This document shows positions 8,980 through 16,520 of a stretch of 25,490 nucleotides of DNA, one piece after another. The DNA is from Syntrophomonadaceae bacterium. GTDB taxonomy: Bacteria; Bacillota; Dethiobacteria; DTU022. Position numbers and translations under genes: made by a program. Numbering within the stretch: position 1 is the first letter of the stretch; the number at the start of each line of letters is the position of its first letter. The notes under the pieces were generated by a model that made no database searches, was not told where the DNA came from, and saw only the letters and a list, made by a program, of their open reading frames with translations. Location of the stretch: assembly GCA_007126465.1 (NCBI GenBank), contig SLBE01000046.1, forward strand, positions 1 to 25,490, given 5' to 3'.

Positions 8980-9008
8980 TTTACTTTAAGAAGGAAAGCA
9001 AGTATGAT
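8980..9008 (+). promoter_or_regulatory. Putative sigmaA promoter for Zn-ribbon hypothetical gene
   Basis: TTTACT (8980-8985), N17, TATGAT (9003-9008). Confidence 0.55.
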
Positions 9009-9081
9009 AATATAAAATTAAGTGCATTAGGTGTACATATGTGCAGGTAAAGGTAGTCATTACCAGGTGGCGGGTGATTAT

Positions 9082-9741
9082 ATGCATACCCATAAAGTTG
9101 ATACAGAGTTAGTTTGTTTCGTTTGTAATAAACTTACAATACACAATATTGAGTATGCTGATAATCGCATGAATAATATTACCTGCAGCACCTGTGGTGT
9201 AAAATATGAACTGGTTATCGAAGTTAGCATTTCTTATCATACTGAAAATATACTGAAACGCATTCTGACTAAACCTCACCGAATTTTAGATGAAACTCAC
9301 ACTGATTTAATTGAATTTATTTATTCTTTGCCACTAAGGGTAGTATCGAAGCCATATAGGCTGGTAAATGAAATTATTGTAGAACCAGGTCAATCTACTG
9401 ATGAATCTAAGAAAAATGAAACAGATATTTTTTGCAGCTACTGTTCAGAGCCCACCTCGCATAGTATTTATTATTTTGACAATAGAATGCAATATTCGGT
9501 TTGCTCTCAATGTGGCTTGAAAATAGAGTTTCTTTGTCTGGTAGTTAAGTACAAGAACTATCCTGAAGAATTAATGCACCGAATTGTAACTAAACCTGAA
9601 CGGATTTTGAAAGAGTTACACAGCCAGCGTTCCAGCTTGTTATACTCCATTCCGATAAGGGTTGTTACTAAGCCTTATCGCCTCCTCAGGGAATTTGTTG
9701 CCAGGATGAAAAATACAACCTCAAACAAAAGCAATTTCTAA
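9082..9741 (+). CDS. Hypothetical protein with two tandem CxxC...CxxC Zn-ribbon + helical repeats
   Basis: Two internal repeats, each CxxC-N19-CxxC followed by RI.TKP.RI and Y-S-[LI]-P-[LI]-R-V-V-[ST]-K-P-Y-R-L. ORF opens at GTG 9031; ATG 9082 is the more likely start. Confidence 0.75.
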   Translation: MHTHKVDTELVCFVCNKLTIHNIEYADNRMNNITCSTCGVKYELVIEVSISYHTENILKRILTKPHRILDETHTDLIEFIYSLPLRVVSKPYRLVNEIIVEPGQSTDESKKNETDIFCSYCSEPTSHSIYYFDNRMQYSVCSQCGLKIEFLCLVVKYKNYPEELMHRIVTKPERILKELHSQRSSLLYSIPIRVVTKPYRLLREFVARMKNTTSNKSNF

Positions 9742-9879
9742 TTAAGCTAACACAAACTTTTCCCCTATTTTCTAATAAGGTAACTAAAACAGGGATCTGT
9801 AAAGCATGATCGCTGCTTTAGAATGTGCAGAAAATGGGGCAATTGGATAATTGAGACATTAAAAGACAGTTTTTTTGTA

Positions 9880-9908
9880 TTGACAAAACAGGCAAGAGTA
9901 ATTATACT
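9880..9908 (+). promoter_or_regulatory. Near-consensus sigmaA promoter of the PTS/corrinoid/dehydrogenase operon
   Basis: TTGACA (9880-9885), N17, TATACT (9903-9908). Confidence 0.8.
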
Positions 9909-9932
9909 GAAAATGAACTAATGATTGACATG

Positions 9933-9946
9933 TGAACAGATGTGCA
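9933..9946 (+). promoter_or_regulatory. Candidate SorC/DeoR-family operator
   Basis: Imperfect palindrome TGAACA-GA-TGTGCA just downstream of the promoter. A SorC-family regulator is encoded in the operon. Confidence 0.55.
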
Positions 9947-10062
9947 ATATCAGATTATTTAGGTTTCTTCCATTCGTTGAACTTTAATAGTGTCATAACA
10001 GCTTAGCATGTGAGGGTTAAGATAAAGCTTTTAACTTTAACAAATTGAGGTGACTTCTTGTT

Positions 10063-10737
10063 ATGATGTTAGCTGATTTGAGGCAGGCAGTAATAGAAAC
10101 TGCCCGTAAGATGAAAGAATACGGGTTAGTTGAGCTGGCTGGGGGAACTGTTTGTGCTGTTGATAAAGAAACCTCACTGGTTGCAATTACTCCAAGTGGA
10201 TTGGAGTATGACAATATGCAGCCGGAAGATGTTTGTCTGGTAGATTATGATTTAAGGTTAGTGGATGGCAGGCTAAAGCCTTCAATTGCTTCAGATATGT
10301 TTACAGAAATAATTAAAGCCCGCCCTGATGTCGGCGCAGTAATACATACTCACTCAAGTTATGCAACTGCATTCGCCTCGTTAAATCGAGAAATCCCTGT
10401 TATTACCACTACGCAAGCTAACCTGGTTGGAGGAACAGTACCTGTAGTAAGGCCGCTCCACCCAGGACCACATACAAAAGAATACTTAGCGAATATTGTA
10501 AAAACTCTCGGAAACGGTAAAGCTGTTAATCTAATGTGTCATGGCCCTATAGTCGTAGGTGATGATCTGGATGACTGTTTAGCTGTTGCTGTAACCATAG
10601 AAAGCACAGCAGCGATAGCAATTAGGGCTGCAGCTCTTGGCAATCCAGTCTGTTTGAACCAGGATGATACAAAGCTTGCCTATGACTATTGCCGTAGAGC
10701 TGTAGGGCAAAAAAAACATAATGAAAGGGGGGAATAA
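10063..10737 (+). CDS. Class II aldolase/adducin-family protein (FucA/AraD-like), atypical active site
   Basis: AITPSG, KPS, RPDVGAVIHTHS (metal HxH) and xHG third His. PSIA in place of PSSE/PSSD. Confidence 0.88.
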   Translation: MMLADLRQAVIETARKMKEYGLVELAGGTVCAVDKETSLVAITPSGLEYDNMQPEDVCLVDYDLRLVDGRLKPSIASDMFTEIIKARPDVGAVIHTHSSYATAFASLNREIPVITTTQANLVGGTVPVVRPLHPGPHTKEYLANIVKTLGNGKAVNLMCHGPIVVGDDLDDCLAVAVTIESTAAIAIRAAALGNPVCLNQDDTKLAYDYCRRAVGQKKHNERGE

Positions 10738-10738
10738 T

Positions 10739-11047
10739 GTGGACCAAAAGTTAATTCTTGTTGTTTGCGGGGCAGGTATTAATACCTCCACTATGGCAGG
10801 GGAATTCATATCGGACGAAATCAGTAAGCGCAAACTTAAAAACGTTAAGGTAAAAACTGTACTTGTTAATGATTTGCCTCGCTATAAAGGTCAAAAGGAT
10901 ATGGCAATTGTTTATATGACTAAGGTTGACACTGATATGGGTGTTCCATCTTTCCAGGGTATGAACTTTCTGATTGGCACGCGTGATACAAAGCTTGAGC
11001 TGTTCGATAAAATCCTTGAATCTTTGGATGTTGAGCAGCAGGGTTAA
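10739..11047 (+). CDS. PTS galactitol-family EIIB component
   Basis: ILVVCGAGINTSTM with phosphorylatable Cys and GatB-like C-terminal F..G. GTG 10739 follows a G-rich RBS (ORF opens at 10721). Confidence 0.85.
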   Translation: MDQKLILVVCGAGINTSTMAGEFISDEISKRKLKNVKVKTVLVNDLPRYKGQKDMAIVYMTKVDTDMGVPSFQGMNFLIGTRDTKLELFDKILESLDVEQQG

Positions 11048-11086
11048 AAAAGAAGCAGTTAAAAAAATGTTTAGGAGGTTTTATCG

Positions 11087-12364
11087 ATGAGTGGAATTTA
11101 TTCTACAATTGTTGCTGGAGTTGATTGGTTTGTAGCCCTTGGTCCTTCCGTAATGATTGCAATTGTTCTCACAGTTCTTGGTACTGCTTTTGGGGCAGGT
11201 TTTTCAAAAAGCCTTCGTGGTGGGATTATTACCGGAGTTGGGTTAGCCGGTCTATTCCTGGTGGTTGACTTAATTGTTGCTGCCCTCTTACCAGCTATTA
11301 ACGCGATGGCTGAAAACTTTAACCTGCAGTTAAGGCTGGTTGATGTGGGCTGGGCTGATGCAGGGATTGCCTGGGGGTGGCCCGGGGTCGCCGGTGTTAT
11401 GCTGGGCATCATTGCTGTAAATATCATAATGGTCCTACTTAAATTAACAAAAACACTGTGGACAGATGTTTGGAGTTACTGGCATGGCCAGGTTTGCGGG
11501 GCATTTGTTTGGGTTGTAACCGGAAGCGTTACACTTGGCATTATCGCTGCAATAATTTACCTGGTTATCGGTAGCCTGTTTTCAGATATTACAGCAAAGC
11601 GCTACCAGGAGTATAATGATATGCCAGGGATTGGAGTGCCCTGCGGCCCTACTGTGCTGGCCAGTGTTTTTGCCATCCCGGTTAGCGCAGCCCTCAATAA
11701 AATTCCTGGAATTAACAAGTTAAACGCTTCACCTGAATCAATCAAGGAAAGGTTCGGGGTTTTCGGGGAAGTATCAGTTATGGGTGCAATAATTGGCCTT
11801 ATTATTGGATTACTTGCAGGCTATGGTGTCGCCGGTGCTTTGGTCCTGTCTATGCAGGTTGCTGCTATCATGCTTATTTTGCCCCGGATGGTCTCAATTA
11901 TTGCGGAAGGTTTAATACCGATCACTATGAAAGTTGCCGAATTCGTGCGTGAACGTTTTAAAGATCGCGAACTGCATGTTGGGGTTGACTGTGCTGTGTT
12001 GTTGGGGCATTCTTCGGTGATGGCTTCAGCTTTAATTCTTTTCCCCCTATCTATTCTGCTGGCTGCAGCACTACCCGGTAATGGAATGCTGCCCATAGCA
12101 AGTCTTGCGCTTATTCCATTTCTGGCTGGAGCGGTTGTACCTTTTACCAGGGGAAATGTTATTCACACCGTGATTATTGTCCTGCTGCTTCTTATTCCTT
12201 ACCTGTATGCAGCTACTAACATGTCTCCTGTTCACACTGAAACCTATGCTCAACTTGGAATGTTTACTGAGGAAATTGAAGGTGGAGCGAGGTTTGCCAG
12301 CTGGGACATGGGTGGAGATCCAATTAGCTGGATAATTAACCAGATCTTCAGGCTTTTTAGCTAA
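11087..12364 (+). CDS. PTS galactitol-family EIIC permease (GatC-like)
   Basis: 425 aa polytopic protein with LGPSVM, DVGW..AGIAWG, TKTLWTDVWSYWH, MLILPRMVSIIAEGLIP and LHVGVDCAVLLGH motifs similar to GatC. Confidence 0.9.
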   Translation: MSGIYSTIVAGVDWFVALGPSVMIAIVLTVLGTAFGAGFSKSLRGGIITGVGLAGLFLVVDLIVAALLPAINAMAENFNLQLRLVDVGWADAGIAWGWPGVAGVMLGIIAVNIIMVLLKLTKTLWTDVWSYWHGQVCGAFVWVVTGSVTLGIIAAIIYLVIGSLFSDITAKRYQEYNDMPGIGVPCGPTVLASVFAIPVSAALNKIPGINKLNASPESIKERFGVFGEVSVMGAIIGLIIGLLAGYGVAGALVLSMQVAAIMLILPRMVSIIAEGLIPITMKVAEFVRERFKDRELHVGVDCAVLLGHSSVMASALILFPLSILLAAALPGNGMLPIASLALIPFLAGAVVPFTRGNVIHTVIIVLLLLIPYLYAATNMSPVHTETYAQLGMFTEEIEGGARFASWDMGGDPISWIINQIFRLFS

Positions 12365-12428
12365 AAGGTAATGTAATATGAGTGTATTCTTCCAGGGTTC
12401 AACCTGGAAGAATACACCTTGAATAAGG

Positions 12429-12902
12429 TTGGTGAAGGATAAGGTGAAATATTTTAACGAAGACTTAATTATGACAGGCCTTCCAGCTGAAAGCAGTGAT
12501 GAAGTGATCAACAGCTTAGTAGGCAAAATGGCAGACAAAGGGTATGTTACCCCTGATTATGCTTTGGAAGTAACCGAAAGGGAAAAAAAACACCCAACCG
12601 GCCTTCCAACCCAGGAGGTTAAAGTAGCAATTCCACATGCCGGTGCAGATAACGTTATAAAGCCTGGTGTTGCTTTAGCCGTCCTAAAAAAACCGGTAGT
12701 ATTTTGCAACATGGAAAACCCTGACCAGGATTTGGATGTCAGTATTGTATTTTTACTGGCCAATAAAGATAGCGGGGATCAATTGAAAGATTTGCAGTCG
12801 CTGACAGGTCTTTTTGCTGATCCATCAATTCTTCAGCGTGTTGTTAAATCCGGCAGTGCAAAAGAAATTGCCGAATTACTTAACCAAAGATTATCTAACT
12901 AG
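12429..12902 (+). CDS. PTS EIIA component (mannitol/fructose-type EIIA_2 fold, GatA-like)
   Basis: REKKHPTGLP..VAIPH (phospho-His), F.NMENP, VFLLA. Exact start uncertain. Confidence 0.9.
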   Translation: MVKDKVKYFNEDLIMTGLPAESSDEVINSLVGKMADKGYVTPDYALEVTEREKKHPTGLPTQEVKVAIPHAGADNVIKPGVALAVLKKPVVFCNMENPDQDLDVSIVFLLANKDSGDQLKDLQSLTGLFADPSILQRVVKSGSAKEIAELLNQRLSN

Positions 12903-12919
12903 GTAAAGGATGTGGAGAA

Positions 12920-14059
12920 GTGTTAACCCCAAGAGAAAGAGTTTTAACAGCTCTTAAACACGAGGAACCTGATCGGGTTCCACTCGGGCTAGGGGCAAGT
13001 GGAGCCAGTGTTACAGATGATGTATACTTTAAATTGAAAGATTACTTTGGTATCGAGGGCGATGTTGAACCATTTCGTTCCGGCCATGGAGATAACATAT
13101 ATGACCCAAGGGTTTTTGATTGTTTAGGGGTGGACTTCAGGCATGTTTTTTTAAGATCTTCTTTAGACTTTAAGCCTCCTGTAAACGAGGATGGAAGCCT
13201 TGTTAATGAATGGGGCGTTGCTGTAAAAAAATATGGCCGTTTCTATGAGTGGGTTAGTCACCCTCTAGCAGAAGCAGATTTATCTGATCTTGATAATTAC
13301 AAGTGGCCTAAGCCATATACGGGGCAACGTCAACGTGGCTTGCAGGATACTGTTCAGGAATACTATCAAAAGAGCGATTTTGCTATAGCTTCTAGGTCAC
13401 CATCTCGAGGTTTTTTTGACCTGGGTATCCAGTTAAGGGGATTTGAGCGCTTTATGACCGATATGGTTCTTGACAAAAAATTCACTCATAAATTTATGGG
13501 TAAATTACTGGAAACTATTATCGGGTTTTATGATGTGCTCTTAGAACAAGCCGGCCCATATATACATATTGTTGAAACCCAGGATGATTACGGGCATCAA
13601 AACTCGCTGTTTTTCTCGCCGGCATTATTCCGTGAAATGATTAAGCCATACCGGGCAGAACTAAATGCTTTTATAAAGAAAAAAGCACCGCAAGCTTCAA
13701 TTTTTATTCACACATGTGGCGCTGTTAGTGAGCTAATCGAGGATTTAATTGATTGTGGTGTTGATGTTGTTAATCCTGTGCAGCCATTGGCTAAAGGTAT
13801 GGAAACGAAAAAACTAAAAGAAAGATTTGGCGGAAAAATTGTGTTTCATGGTGGGATTGATTTACAGAAAGCCCTGGCCGGATCAAAAGAAGATGTTGAG
13901 ATAGAAGTTAAAACCAGGCTTCGAGACCTGGCACCCGGCGGAGGTTATATTCTTTCCCCTGCCAATGTTGTTCAAGATGACGTGCCAGTTGAGAATATAG
14001 TCCTGTTGTTTGACCTGGCCAGGAAGTATGGTCAATACCCTATAGATATACCTGAATAA
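12920..14059 (+). CDS. Uroporphyrinogen-decarboxylase-fold protein, probable corrinoid-dependent methyltransferase (MtaA/CmuA-like)
   Basis: TPRERVLTAL.HEEPDRVP, DDYG.Q..LFFSP..FREMIKPY, HTCG (HxC), GGIDLQ, GGGYILSPAN. Lacks the HemE RQAGRY motif. A corrinoid protein gene is nearby. Confidence 0.8.
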   Translation: MLTPRERVLTALKHEEPDRVPLGLGASGASVTDDVYFKLKDYFGIEGDVEPFRSGHGDNIYDPRVFDCLGVDFRHVFLRSSLDFKPPVNEDGSLVNEWGVAVKKYGRFYEWVSHPLAEADLSDLDNYKWPKPYTGQRQRGLQDTVQEYYQKSDFAIASRSPSRGFFDLGIQLRGFERFMTDMVLDKKFTHKFMGKLLETIIGFYDVLLEQAGPYIHIVETQDDYGHQNSLFFSPALFREMIKPYRAELNAFIKKKAPQASIFIHTCGAVSELIEDLIDCGVDVVNPVQPLAKGMETKKLKERFGGKIVFHGGIDLQKALAGSKEDVEIEVKTRLRDLAPGGGYILSPANVVQDDVPVENIVLLFDLARKYGQYPIDIPE

Positions 14060-14356
14060 GGGGTGTAATTATGAAAAGGGTAACTGTGGCCGGAGGTTCA
14101 TGCGGCTGCTCCAGCCTGCGGCGTGCATCAGAAAAAATTGATCAATATTGTCGGTATAAAGGTATTGAAGTCAAAGTTTCTGTGCATAACTTATGGCAGT
14201 CTGTACACTTAGATCCCAGGGCGGACCTGGTCATACAAATGGTTCCGTTCTTTGAAGGGTTAAGTTGCCCTGTCTTAGATGGCCGTCCCTTTATTAAAGG
14301 CGACGGCGAAGACAACCTGTTACATGAGGTTGCTAAGTTGCTGGCATGAAATACCT
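13981..14356 (+). repeat. Tandem duplication, copy 1 (3' end of URO-D-fold gene + EIIB-like gene)
   Basis: Sequence from cgtgccagttgagaatatag... recurs 403 nt downstream. Confidence 0.95.
14071..14349 (+). CDS. GatB-like PTS EIIB paralog 1 with displaced Cys
   Basis: MKRVTVAGGSCGCSS...CPVLDGRPFIKGDGE aligns to the GatB fold (MKRKIIVACGG...PLVHGMPFISGIG), but has Gly at the catalytic Cys position. Confidence 0.7.
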   Translation: MKRVTVAGGSCGCSSLRRASEKIDQYCRYKGIEVKVSVHNLWQSVHLDPRADLVIQMVPFFEGLSCPVLDGRPFIKGDGEDNLLHEVAKLLA

Positions 14357-14383
14357 TGCAAGTTTAAATTAGTAACCGAACTG

Positions 14384-14756
14384 CGTGCCAGTTGAGAATA
14401 TAGTCCTGTTGTTTGATTTGGCCAGGAAGTATGGTCAATACCCTATAGATATACCTGAATAAGGGGTGTAATTATGAAAAGGGTAATTGTAGCCGGAGGT
14501 TCATGCGGTTCCAGCATGCAGCGTGCATCAGAAAGAATTGATCAATATTGTCAATATAAAGGTATTGAAGTCAAAGTTTCTGTGCATAACTTATGGCATT
14601 CTGTGCACTTAGATTCCAGGGCGGATCTGGTCATACAAATGTTTCCGTTCTTTGAAGAGTTAAACTGCCCCGTTTTAGATGGTCGCCCCTTTATTAAAGG
14701 CGACGGCGAAGAAGATCTGTTGCATGAAGTTGCTGAATTGCTGGCATAAAGTACCT
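14384..14756 (+). repeat. Tandem duplication, copy 2
   Basis: Hand alignment gives about 90% nt identity to 13981-14356, with one 3-nt deletion. Includes the last 25 codons plus stop of the URO-D-fold gene. Confidence 0.95.
14474..14749 (+). CDS. GatB-like PTS EIIB paralog 2 with displaced Cys
   Basis: Paralog of 14071-14349 (13 substitutions + 1 indel by hand count). N-terminus MKRVIVAGGSCGSS. Confidence 0.7.
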   Translation: MKRVIVAGGSCGSSMQRASERIDQYCQYKGIEVKVSVHNLWHSVHLDSRADLVIQMFPFFEELNCPVLDGRPFIKGDGEEDLLHEVAELLA

Positions 14757-14803
14757 ATGATTTGCTTTAACAAACGATGTAATTATATGTGAGGTGTTTA
14801 GAA

Positions 14804-15439
14804 ATGAAACTACTGTCTGAAATTGGCGATAAAATGATAGAAGGTAATGTTGAAGAGCTGATAGACCTGATTAATAAAGCAGAAGCTGAAGGAATTGATC
14901 AAAAGACGATTATTAATGATGGTTTAATTGCTGCCATGCTAAGCCTTGGTGAAAAATTCAAACTCAATGAAGTGTTTATACCTGATGTACTGGTTGCAGC
15001 GGCAGCAATGAAAGAAGCGATTAATCATTTAGGTTTCGATAATATTTCTGATACAGGTTCACCAAAAGGAGTAATTGTAATTGGAACGGTTCGGCATGAC
15101 ATGCATGATATTGGGAAAAACCTGGTTGCTTTACTTATGAACAGCAATGGTTTTCATGTTCATGATCTCGGTGTAGACGTGTCACCGGACAAATTCGTGG
15201 AAGCGGTAAAAGATTACAGTCCTGATATCCTGGCCCTCTCTGCTCTTTTAACAACAACACTGCCTGAAATGAGTGAGGTAATAAAAGCTTTGGGTAATGC
15301 AGGAGTTAGAAAATCTACACGGGTTTTGGTTGGCGGTGCGCCGGTAACTGAAGAATATGCCGATTCGATCGGTGCAGATGGTTATGCGCCTGATGCAACC
15401 TCTGCAGTAACTAAATCTTTAGAGATGATTGATAGCTAA
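14804..15439 (+). CDS. Corrinoid (cobalamin-binding) methyltransferase protein, MtaC/MttC-like
   Basis: N-terminal cap domain (GLIAAM..LGEKF...EVFIPDVL), DxHxxG motif DMHDIGKNLV, SALLTTT, GGAP, IGADGYAPDA. ATG 14804 follows GAGGTG. Confidence 0.93.
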   Translation: MKLLSEIGDKMIEGNVEELIDLINKAEAEGIDQKTIINDGLIAAMLSLGEKFKLNEVFIPDVLVAAAAMKEAINHLGFDNISDTGSPKGVIVIGTVRHDMHDIGKNLVALLMNSNGFHVHDLGVDVSPDKFVEAVKDYSPDILALSALLTTTLPEMSEVIKALGNAGVRKSTRVLVGGAPVTEEYADSIGADGYAPDATSAVTKSLEMIDS

Positions 15440-15498
15440 TACTGCTGCAATGAAGTGTTATCTCAATGGTTGCTGGTCAGAAAGGATTGTGAACAAAC

Positions 15499-16464
15499 AT
15501 GGTTACAAGAAAGCATAACCAGAGATTGTTATCGAAAATTGCTCACATGTATTATGAGCAAGGCTTAAGCCAGCAAATGATTGCAGAAAAATTGAGGACA
15601 TCAAGGCCAACTATAAGCAGAATGCTAGATCAAGCTCGTAAAATGGGCATAGTTAAAATATCTATCCAATCATTTAATGATCGAATAGCTAGTCTTGAAA
15701 GTGAATTAGAAAGCAAATTTTCTCTTAACGAAGTAGCTGTTATTGCAAATGATTCTATGAATAAAGCAGATCAGAAAAAGGCGCTTGGGGCAGTTGCTGC
15801 AGATATATTACAGCGAATTGTTAAAGGATCTGATGTTGTTGGGATTTCATGGGGAACAAGTTTGCGAGAAGTTATTAACGGACTTAAGCCAACACATATT
15901 CCCGGGTTAATAGCAGTTCCACTGGTTGGTGGAATGGGTCAGGATATACGCTATGAGATTCATTCAAACAGCCTTGTAGTAGATTTTTCCAGAAAACTTG
16001 GTTGTCACAGCTGGGTTTTACATGCACCGGCTATTGTTGAGAGAGAAAATTTGAAAGATGCCATCCTGGGCGAGTCTGAAAGTGGAGAAATTATGGAGCA
16101 GGCAAAAAAGGCTAATATTGGCATGGTGGGATTAGGAGCACTTAATGAATCCTCAACTATGATTCAAACCGGGTTCTTCTCTATCGATGATTTTAAAGAA
16201 ATCAGGGAAAAAGGCGCAATCGGCGAAGTCTGCTCATTTTTCTTTGATCGTAATGGTCAAGCTTGTGATATTGATATCAATAAGAGGGTTATCGGGGTAG
16301 GCCCTTATGATTTGAAAAATATTGAAACAGTCATTGCAGTTGTAGCCGGTGACAAAAAGGAAGAGGCTCTTCATGCGGCTCTAAGAGGCCAGTTTATAAA
16401 TATTTTGATTACAGATGAATTGACAGCTGAAAAGGTGCTTTTAATTGAAAGTGCTACCAGGTAG
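15499..16464 (+). CDS. SorC/DeoR-family sugar-phosphate-binding transcriptional regulator
   Basis: N-terminal HTH (IAHMYYEQGLSQQMIAEKLRTSRPTISRML..AR..GIVKI), GISWGTSL, VPLVGG, IGMVGLG and LITDE motifs. Confidence 0.93.
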   Translation: MVTRKHNQRLLSKIAHMYYEQGLSQQMIAEKLRTSRPTISRMLDQARKMGIVKISIQSFNDRIASLESELESKFSLNEVAVIANDSMNKADQKKALGAVAADILQRIVKGSDVVGISWGTSLREVINGLKPTHIPGLIAVPLVGGMGQDIRYEIHSNSLVVDFSRKLGCHSWVLHAPAIVERENLKDAILGESESGEIMEQAKKANIGMVGLGALNESSTMIQTGFFSIDDFKEIREKGAIGEVCSFFFDRNGQACDIDINKRVIGVGPYDLKNIETVIAVVAGDKKEEALHAALRGQFINILITDELTAEKVLLIESATR

Positions 16465-16520
16465 TTGGTTAACCTAAACCTTAATAATGCAAACTATCTT
16501 TATTATATGGGGGGCGTGAA

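Noticed and set aside
9925-9953. Second sigmaA promoter at TTGACA 9925-9930
   Set aside because: No acceptable -10 at 16-18 nt spacing (TATCAG). The hexamer is better explained as part of the operator.
9742-10062. Cobalamin riboswitch ahead of a B12-protein operon
   Set aside because: The region is AT-rich and lacks the B12-box and conserved GGGAA/CCCGC-ACTG elements.
10739-12902. Naming the PTS genes gatABC (galactitol utilisation)
   Set aside because: Family membership is clear, but gatD and tagatose kinase/aldolase genes are absent, so the substrate is unsupported.
12920-14059. hemE (true uroporphyrinogen decarboxylase)
   Set aside because: Lacks the RQAGRY motif, has the HxC metal motif, and sits with a corrinoid protein rather than with hem genes.
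14385-14462. 26-codon-scale mini-ORF or pseudogene from the duplicated URO-D tail
   Set aside because: No RBS, and an in-frame stop lies just upstream (14373-14375). Recorded as part of the repeat.
14804-15439. Fragment of methionine synthase (metH pseudogene)
   Set aside because: It is a complete stand-alone cap + B12-binding protein with its own RBS and stop, and no flanking MetH domains.
15488-15495. TGTGAACA 8-mer matching the operator, just before the regulator start codon
   Set aside because: Only a half-site, between RBS and ATG, with no palindromic partner or promoter. Could be chance.
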